From assembly GCA_034428635.1 (NCBI GenBank), contig DAOUHR010000008.1, forward strand, positions 17,002 to 81,001: DNA of 64,000 nucleotides, in the 5' to 3' direction. The notes under the pieces are model-generated. The model was not told the DNA's origin, ran no database searches, and saw only the letters and a list, made by a program, of their open reading frames with translations. Every line of letters starts with the position of its first letter. The first letter of the stretch is position 1. Shown here piece after piece: positions 58,555-64,000 of the stretch. The position numbers were made by a program, and so were the translations under genes. Origin of the DNA: Dehalococcoidia bacterium (lineage in GTDB: Bacteria; Chloroflexota; Dehalococcoidia; Lucifugimonadales; UBA3495).

Positions 58555-60411
58555 CTATTCCACCGTAACGGACTTGGCCAAATTGCGAGGCTGGTCCACG
58601 TCGCAGCCCCGGTCCAGGGCGATGTAGTAGGCAAGCAACTGCAGGGGGATTGTGGCCAGCAGGGGGTAGATATATTCAGGGGCCTCGGGCAGGTACAGGG
58701 CCTCGTCGACTTCCGAGTCCAGTTCCCGGTCGCCTTCGGTCAGCACCCCCAGCACCACGCCCCGACGAGCTCGGACTTCGCGGATGTTGCCAGCCATCTT
58801 GTCGTAGAGGCCGTCCCGGGGAGCGAGAGCCAGGGTCGCCAGGTTGCGGTCGATCAGGGCAATGGGGCCATGTTTCATTTCGCCGGCGGGGTATCCCTCG
58901 GCGTGGATGTAGCTGATTTCCTTCAGCTTCAACGCCCCCTCCTGGGCGATGGCGGAGTTGATGCCCCTGCCCAGGTAGAGAAAGCTGCCGTACCCGCTGA
59001 ACTTCTGGGCCAACTTTCGATACTGTGAGACATCCGCCAGCATTTCCCCGATCAGGCGGGGACAGCGGGCCAGGTCCCGAATCAGGACGGAGCTTTCCGA
59101 TGGGGAGAGCCGGTCCCTGACCTGCCCCAGGTAGATGGCCAGCAGGAACAGGATGGTTACCGACGCTACGAAAGTTTTGGTGCTGGCGACACCGATTTCG
59201 ATGCCCGAGCCCATCAGCAGGGCGCCGTCGGCCAGGCGGGCGGCCTCGCTCTCCTCGGCGTTGCATATGCCCAGCACTCTTGCTCCACGCTCCGAGGCAT
59301 CCTGCATGGCGGCGATGGTGTCTGCCGTCTCTCCGGACTGGGTAATGGCAACTACCAGGGTCTGGGAATCCAGGAACGGTTCCCGGTATCGGTACTCGGA
59401 CGCGCTTTCCACTTCCGCGGGCAGGCCGGCAAACCGCTCCACCAGGTAACGGCCGGCCAGGGCCGCGTTCAAGCTGGTGCCGCAGCCGGTAAGCACCACC
59501 CGCTGGAATTTCCTGGTCTCAGCGTCAGTGAAGGGGAAGTCAGGAAGTTCTACCTTGCCGGCGTCGAAATTAACCCTTCCCCGCAGGGCGCCAGCCACGG
59601 CCTGGGGCTGTTCCATGATTTCCTTCAGCATGAAGTGGCGGTAGCCACCCCGGTCCACCAGGGCATCCTGGGGGGAGACGGTGCGCATTTCCTTGTAGAC
59701 GGAGTTGCCCTCCAGGTCGAACACCAGGACTCCCTGTCGGGTTACTTCGGCCATTTCCCCGGGCTCGAGGTAGGCCACTGGTCCGGGACGCTGACGCAGG
59801 ATGGGAAGGGCCGCCGGCAGGTCGCTGCCAACTATGCCCTGGCCGTCCCGGTGGGCCACCACGATGCCGCCGGCGTGTCCCACCCTCAAGGCACACAGCT
59901 TATCAGGTTCTCTCCGGCACACGGCGGCGATGGCCTGGGAACCCTCCAGTTGACGTCCCATCTCCCGAAAGGCCACGGGAAAGGGCAGACCCTGGCTCAA
60001 TCCTTCTTCGATCAGGTGGGCGATGACTTCAGTGTCGGTCTCAGAAGAAAAAGTGTGTCCGCGTTCCTGCAGGCCGCGCTTGAGGTCCAAATAGTTCTCG
60101 ACGATGCCGTTATGAACCACGGCAATCTGGCGGTGGCACCCGGTCAGGGGGTGGGCGTTGGCGTCGGTGGGGGGGCCGTGGGTAGCCCAGCGGGTGTGGC
60201 CCAGGCCCACGGTCCCGTCGGGGTAATCAGCTTCGTCGCCCCGGGTCAGGCCGTCAACCTTGCCCACCGTCTTGCGCAGGCGCAACTGACCGTCCCGGTC
60301 CAGAACGGCTATGCCGGCGCTGTCGTAGCCCCGATATTCCAGCCGTTGCAGGCCCTCCAGAACAATGGGCCAGGCCGCCTGGCTTCCGATGTATCCAACT
60401 ATGCCGCACAT
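58555..60411 (-). CDS. glmS: Glutamine--fructose-6-phosphate aminotransferase
   Basis: MCGIVGYIG (Cys nucleophile directly after Met), two SIS domains and the C-terminal KSVTVE. ATG 60411 is chosen. The ORF-track start at 60546 adds 45 residues that would destroy the Ntn N-terminus. Confidence 0.95.
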   Translation of the reverse strand: MCGIVGYIGSQAAWPIVLEGLQRLEYRGYDSAGIAVLDRDGQLRLRKTVGKVDGLTRGDEADYPDGTVGLGHTRWATHGPPTDANAHPLTGCHRQIAVVHNGIVENYLDLKRGLQERGHTFSSETDTEVIAHLIEEGLSQGLPFPVAFREMGRQLEGSQAIAAVCRREPDKLCALRVGHAGGIVVAHRDGQGIVGSDLPAALPILRQRPGPVAYLEPGEMAEVTRQGVLVFDLEGNSVYKEMRTVSPQDALVDRGGYRHFMLKEIMEQPQAVAGALRGRVNFDAGKVELPDFPFTDAETRKFQRVVLTGCGTSLNAALAGRYLVERFAGLPAEVESASEYRYREPFLDSQTLVVAITQSGETADTIAAMQDASERGARVLGICNAEESEAARLADGALLMGSGIEIGVASTKTFVASVTILFLLAIYLGQVRDRLSPSESSVLIRDLARCPRLIGEMLADVSQYRKLAQKFSGYGSFLYLGRGINSAIAQEGALKLKEISYIHAEGYPAGEMKHGPIALIDRNLATLALAPRDGLYDKMAGNIREVRARRGVVLGVLTEGDRELDSEVDEALYLPEAPEYIYPLLATIPLQLLAYYIALDRGCDVDQPRNLAKSVTVE

Positions 60412-60660
60412 GCAATTAAGGGAGGAAAGTAAACAGAAAGCTGCCGGATATGGTGGGATATTAACCGAAAGGAGGAGTAATTGCCAGAAGATGTGCCTTT
60501 GGTCCTGCATGCGCCGGACAGCCACCATGGGCCAGGAGGCGGCCACGGAACCGTTAGGGCTCAGATGGCATAAGGAAAGGATACCTCGGGTTGACCGTCT
60601 TTCCTACTCCGGGGGATCCTGGATAACGACTTTCGCCGGTAGGAAGAACATCGGGACCAC

Positions 60661-61656
60661 CTAATCTGCAACACTGCTGATTGTAGCGGGCCTGTTGACT
60701 ATCTCCATGATGGTCTGGGCCAGGGCCGCCGGGTCGTGCCGCAGGTAGACGCCCGATGCCAGCAGGGGCCCCGAGATAATTTCCCGGACCACCTGCCCGC
60801 ATTCCTCCCGGTCCAGTTCCACCTGAAACTGCCGGTCGGCGGCGTACCGATCCAGCAGGCGCGGGGGCAGGGCGCTGTCGTTGAACACAAGGTAATCCAG
60901 CAGTTCGCCGGTACCCAGGTAGTCCATCAGCAGCTTGACGAAGGTGGATGCCTTGAAGCCGTCGGACTCGCCCGGCTTGGTCATCAGGTTGCAGATGTGA
61001 ATCTTGGCGGCACGTGAGGCGTTGATTGCCTCGGCCACGTCCTCCACCAGCAGGTTGGGCAGGACGCTGGTGTAAATGTCGCCGGGTCCCAGTATGATGG
61101 CATCGGCCCTGGCGATGGCGTCCAGCACCGGTGGGTAGACGTATGCCTTGGGGTCCAGCCAGATGTAGTCTATACCCACGTCCAGGTTCTCCCGGCGCAG
61201 GTCAATCACCGACTCCCCTGATAGCTCCTCGCCATTCTCCAGCCGCGCCATCAGGGTCGAGTGGGTCAGGGTCACGGGCAGGACGGTGCCCCGTATGCCC
61301 AGCAGCTGGGATGCCTCTTCAATAGCGGAAATGGTGTTTCCCGTAACCTCGGTCAGGACGGCCAGCAGCAGGTTGCCGAAGTTGTGCCCGGTAAGGCCGT
61401 TGCCCGAGTTGAAGCGGTAGTCGAACAGGCGGCGCATCAGGTTGCCCTGGTCCGTTTCAGCCGCCAGCGCCATGAGGCAGCGGCGTATATCCCCTGGCGG
61501 CAGGTGGCCCATCTCATCCCGCAGCCGACCGGAACTGCCGCCGCTGTCGGTCATGGCCACCACGGCCGACAGATTGCAGTCCTGGTTGCGCAGCCCGGTG
61601 AGGGTGGTATGGTTGCCGGTGCCGCCACCGACCACCAACACTTCCTTCCTGCTCAT
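60661..61656 (-). CDS. yvcK: YvcK/CofD-family gluconeogenesis factor-like protein
   Basis: VLVVGGGTGNHTTLTGL, VVAMTDSGGSSGRLRDE, LPPGDIRRCL and ILGPGDIYTSVLPNL blocks. Confidence 0.85.
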   Translation of the reverse strand: MSRKEVLVVGGGTGNHTTLTGLRNQDCNLSAVVAMTDSGGSSGRLRDEMGHLPPGDIRRCLMALAAETDQGNLMRRLFDYRFNSGNGLTGHNFGNLLLAVLTEVTGNTISAIEEASQLLGIRGTVLPVTLTHSTLMARLENGEELSGESVIDLRRENLDVGIDYIWLDPKAYVYPPVLDAIARADAIILGPGDIYTSVLPNLLVEDVAEAINASRAAKIHICNLMTKPGESDGFKASTFVKLLMDYLGTGELLDYLVFNDSALPPRLLDRYAADRQFQVELDREECGQVVREIISGPLLASGVYLRHDPAALAQTIMEIVNRPATISSVAD

Positions 61657-61856
61657 CCGTCCCTTACAACATTAGACCGCCGATGAAACACCGACGGCTG
61701 AGTTTATGGATATGGGAGAATTTGCGCTAGTATATGGACTGGGTTTTCGGGGTGTCAAGGGCGCGTGCCCTGCGGGCAATGCTCACGTCCTCCGCTTGAG
61801 CCACCCTACCATTCCCGCTACAATGGCTGGGAAGTTCACAAAGGCGAGCAGCGCGT

Positions 61857-63521
61857 ATGCCCGGCGACAACAATTCATCGGACAACCAGGAAAGGTGGCG
61901 CAGGGAAACCTTGGAGCCTGCAACCCACCGCTTCGCCGAGCGTCGGCAGCAGTTCCATACCGACAGCGGCATTCCCATTGAGCCCATTTACGTTCCCGCC
62001 AACGGTGACGCGGACCTGCAGAACATCGGTTTCCCCGGCGAGTACCCCTACACCCGGGGCGTGCAGCCCAACATGTACCGGGGCCGGGTATGGACCATGC
62101 GCCAGTACTCCGGGTACGCCACCGCCGCCGACACCAACCGCCGCTATCGTTACCTGCTGGAGCAGGGGCAGACCGGCCTGTCCGTGGCCTTCGACCTGCC
62201 CACCCAGATCGGCTACGACTCCGACGCGCCCCAGTCCCGGGGCGAAGTGGGTAAGGTGGGCGTCCCCATCTGCAGCCTGGAGGACATGGAGACCCTGTTC
62301 GAGGAGATTCCCCTGGACCGGGTCAGCACCTCCATGACCATCAACGCCACGGCATCCGTGCTGCTGTGCCTTTACATCGCGGCGGCGAAGAGACAGGGTG
62401 TGGCCACGGACCTATTGAGCGGCACCCTGCAGAACGACATCCTCAAGGAGTACATTGCCCGGGGCACCTACGCCTACCCGCCAAGGCCTTCCATGCGGCT
62501 GGTTGTGGACGTTTTCAAGTACTGCGCCGAAAACATCCCCCGCTGGAACACCATCAGCATCAGCGGCTACCACATGCGCGAGGCTGGCGCCACCGCCGTG
62601 CAGGAGCTGGCCTTCACCTTTGCCAACGCCATTGCCTACGTGCAGGCCGCCGTGGACGCGGGCCTGGCGGTGGACGATTTCGCCCCGCGCCTCTCCTTTT
62701 TCTTCGTGGCCCAGAACAACCTCCTGGAAGAGGTGGCCAAATACCGGGCCGCCCGCCGCATGTGGGCCGCCATTATGAAAGACCGGTTCGGCGCCAAAGA
62801 CTCCCGCTCCCTGATGCTGCGATTCCACACGCAGACGGCCGGCGTCACGCTTACCGCCCAGCAGCCCGACAACAACGTCATCCGCAGCACGGTGCAGGCC
62901 ATGGCCGCCATCCTGGGCGGAACCCAGTCCCTCCACGTAAACTCACGGGACGAAGCGCTGGGCTTGCCCACCGAGGAATCGGCCCAGCTTTCCCTGCGCA
63001 CCCAGCAGATCATCGCCCACGAGAGCGGCGTGGCCGACGTGGTGGATCCCCTGGGCGGTTCCTGGTACGTGGAGAACCTAACCGACCAGTTGGAGCAGCG
63101 AGCCCTGGAGTACATCGGCGAAATCGACCGGCAGGGCGGCGCCGTGGCCGCCATCGAACAGGGCTACCAGGTGCGTGAAATCGGCGAGTCGGCCTACCGC
63201 CACCAGCTAGAGGTGGACACCGGCGACCGCACCGTCGTGGGTGTCAATCGCTATGTCACCGACACGCCCCCCTTGGGCAACCTGCTGCGTGTAGACCCTG
63301 AGGTGGCCCGCCAGCAGGCCGAACGCCTGTCCCGGCTCCGTGCGGAACGGGACAATTCCCAGGTCAAGGCATCCCTTGCCCGGTTGGAGGAAGTAGCCCA
63401 AACCAGCGAAAACTCCATCCCCGCCACCCTGGAATGCGTAGAAAACCACTGCACCCTGGGCGAAATCTGCCAGGTGTTCCGCAACGTGTTTGGGGAGCAG
63501 CAGGGGGAGCTGGCGTTCTAG
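61857..63521 (+). CDS. Methylmalonyl-CoA mutase-family large (catalytic) subunit without a B12-binding domain
   Basis: [66 protein letters not shown] and [13 protein letters not shown] blocks. At 554 aa it ends before any DxHxxG B12-binding domain. Confidence 0.9.
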   Translation: MPGDNNSSDNQERWRRETLEPATHRFAERRQQFHTDSGIPIEPIYVPANGDADLQNIGFPGEYPYTRGVQPNMYRGRVWTMRQYSGYATAADTNRRYRYLLEQGQTGLSVAFDLPTQIGYDSDAPQSRGEVGKVGVPICSLEDMETLFEEIPLDRVSTSMTINATASVLLCLYIAAAKRQGVATDLLSGTLQNDILKEYIARGTYAYPPRPSMRLVVDVFKYCAENIPRWNTISISGYHMREAGATAVQELAFTFANAIAYVQAAVDAGLAVDDFAPRLSFFFVAQNNLLEEVAKYRAARRMWAAIMKDRFGAKDSRSLMLRFHTQTAGVTLTAQQPDNNVIRSTVQAMAAILGGTQSLHVNSRDEALGLPTEESAQLSLRTQQIIAHESGVADVVDPLGGSWYVENLTDQLEQRALEYIGEIDRQGGAVAAIEQGYQVREIGESAYRHQLEVDTGDRTVVGVNRYVTDTPPLGNLLRVDPEVARQQAERLSRLRAERDNSQVKASLARLEEVAQTSENSIPATLECVENHCTLGEICQVFRNVFGEQQGELAF

Positions 63522-63630
63522 CGCAAAGAGAATCGTCCACGAAGGGCACAAATGGAAGAGCCCGTATGTTCGTGATTCTTTGTGTCCTTTGTAGATTATA
63601 ATGGGACTATCAGAAACAGGAGGCGCAAGC

Positions 63631-64000
63631 ATGACTCGCGCCAACGCAGACCCCCGCGCTATTGCCGTCGCCGAGGCGGTACACCAACGGGAACGGCCCC
63701 AGGCCACCATCCTCTTCGGTTCCCGCGCCCGAGGGGACTACAACGACAAGTACTCCGACATTGACCTGCTTCTGGTCTGCGAAGACTACCCGGAAACCGA
63801 CGCCAGGATAGATGCGGAGGAATTCGCCAGAGCCACCGTGGATTCAATCTACCGGCGGTACGTTCCTTTTCAGCTTGAGTATGTCTGCCGGCATTCCTTC
63901 GATTCCGAGAGACCCTACATCAACAGCGTCACCACTCAGGCCATGCTCACCGGAGTCGTAATGACCGACAACCCGGAGGAATTTACCAGCGAGTACTCCA
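63631..64000 (+). CDS. MNT-type nucleotidyltransferase-domain protein, 3' end outside the window
   Basis: ATG 63631 with AGGAGG upstream (63618..63623). ILFGSRARGDYNDKYSDIDLLLV is the GS-x(9-11)-DxD minimal NTase motif. The frame stays open to the window edge and is absent from the ORF track. Confidence 0.65.
   Translation, partial: MTRANADPRAIAVAEAVHQRERPQATILFGSRARGDYNDKYSDIDLLLVCEDYPETDARIDAEEFARATVDSIYRRYVPFQLEYVCRHSFDSERPYINSVTTQAMLTGVVMTDNPEEFTSEYS

Noticed and set aside
60412-60660. Calling a glmS ribozyme upstream of glmS.
   Set aside because: The position is right and the region is structured. However, I could not find the conserved core segments (the AGCGCC cleavage-site helix, the GACGAGGA-type core) by eye. 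I therefore reported it only as an unexplained leader.

Overview
GC-rich (about 60% by eye) bacterial chromosomal segment. I count about 57 protein-coding genes, one tRNA-Asn, and no rRNA, CRISPR array, transposase or integrase. Gene content points to Chloroflexota or a related Terrabacteria lineage; this is inference only. The supporting genes are a DUF11-repeat surface protein, an SCO1664-family/DUF3090 pair, an HspR-type heat-shock cluster, TreT and a bacterial translin-like protein. Left to right: (1) a small lower-GC accessory islet with DUF805, ASCH and HigBA; (2) a probable catabolic cluster with a LigB-type dioxygenase, an amidohydrolase, two tandem PuuE-like deacetylases, an SDR epimerase, a GGT and an HpaB-type monooxygenase; (3) tRNA-Asn and a heat-shock block (hsp20, divergent dnaJ-hspR, clpC); (4) pyrD and rpoB-rpoC; (5) a 900-aa surface protein; (6) modABC; (7) a HAD phosphatase next to an uncharacterised trio (PEPCK-fold P-loop protein, DUF3090, PI3/4-kinase-like protein); (8) aroA and comM, then an operon of two FmdB zinc-ribbon genes, thiE and a translin/TRAX-like gene; (9) polA, a retropepsin-like protease, citE-like, folB and an orphan double SagB-type dehydrogenase; (10) an orphan oppDF ATPase pair preceded by a degenerate low-GC segment; (11) lysC-thrB, treT, glmS, yvcK, the methylmalonyl-CoA mutase large subunit and a truncated MNT-type nucleotidyltransferase. 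The most unusual signals are: a four-copy oriented hairpin repeat at the 3' ends of minus-strand genes; the PEPCK-like/DUF3090/SCO1664 trio; the translationally coupled fmdB-thiE-translin unit; and an orphan terminator with stacked hairpins upstream of rpoB. All family calls rest on motifs read by eye. No database search was run. Many start codons were re-picked from the ORF track using RBS and homology logic and remain uncertain.
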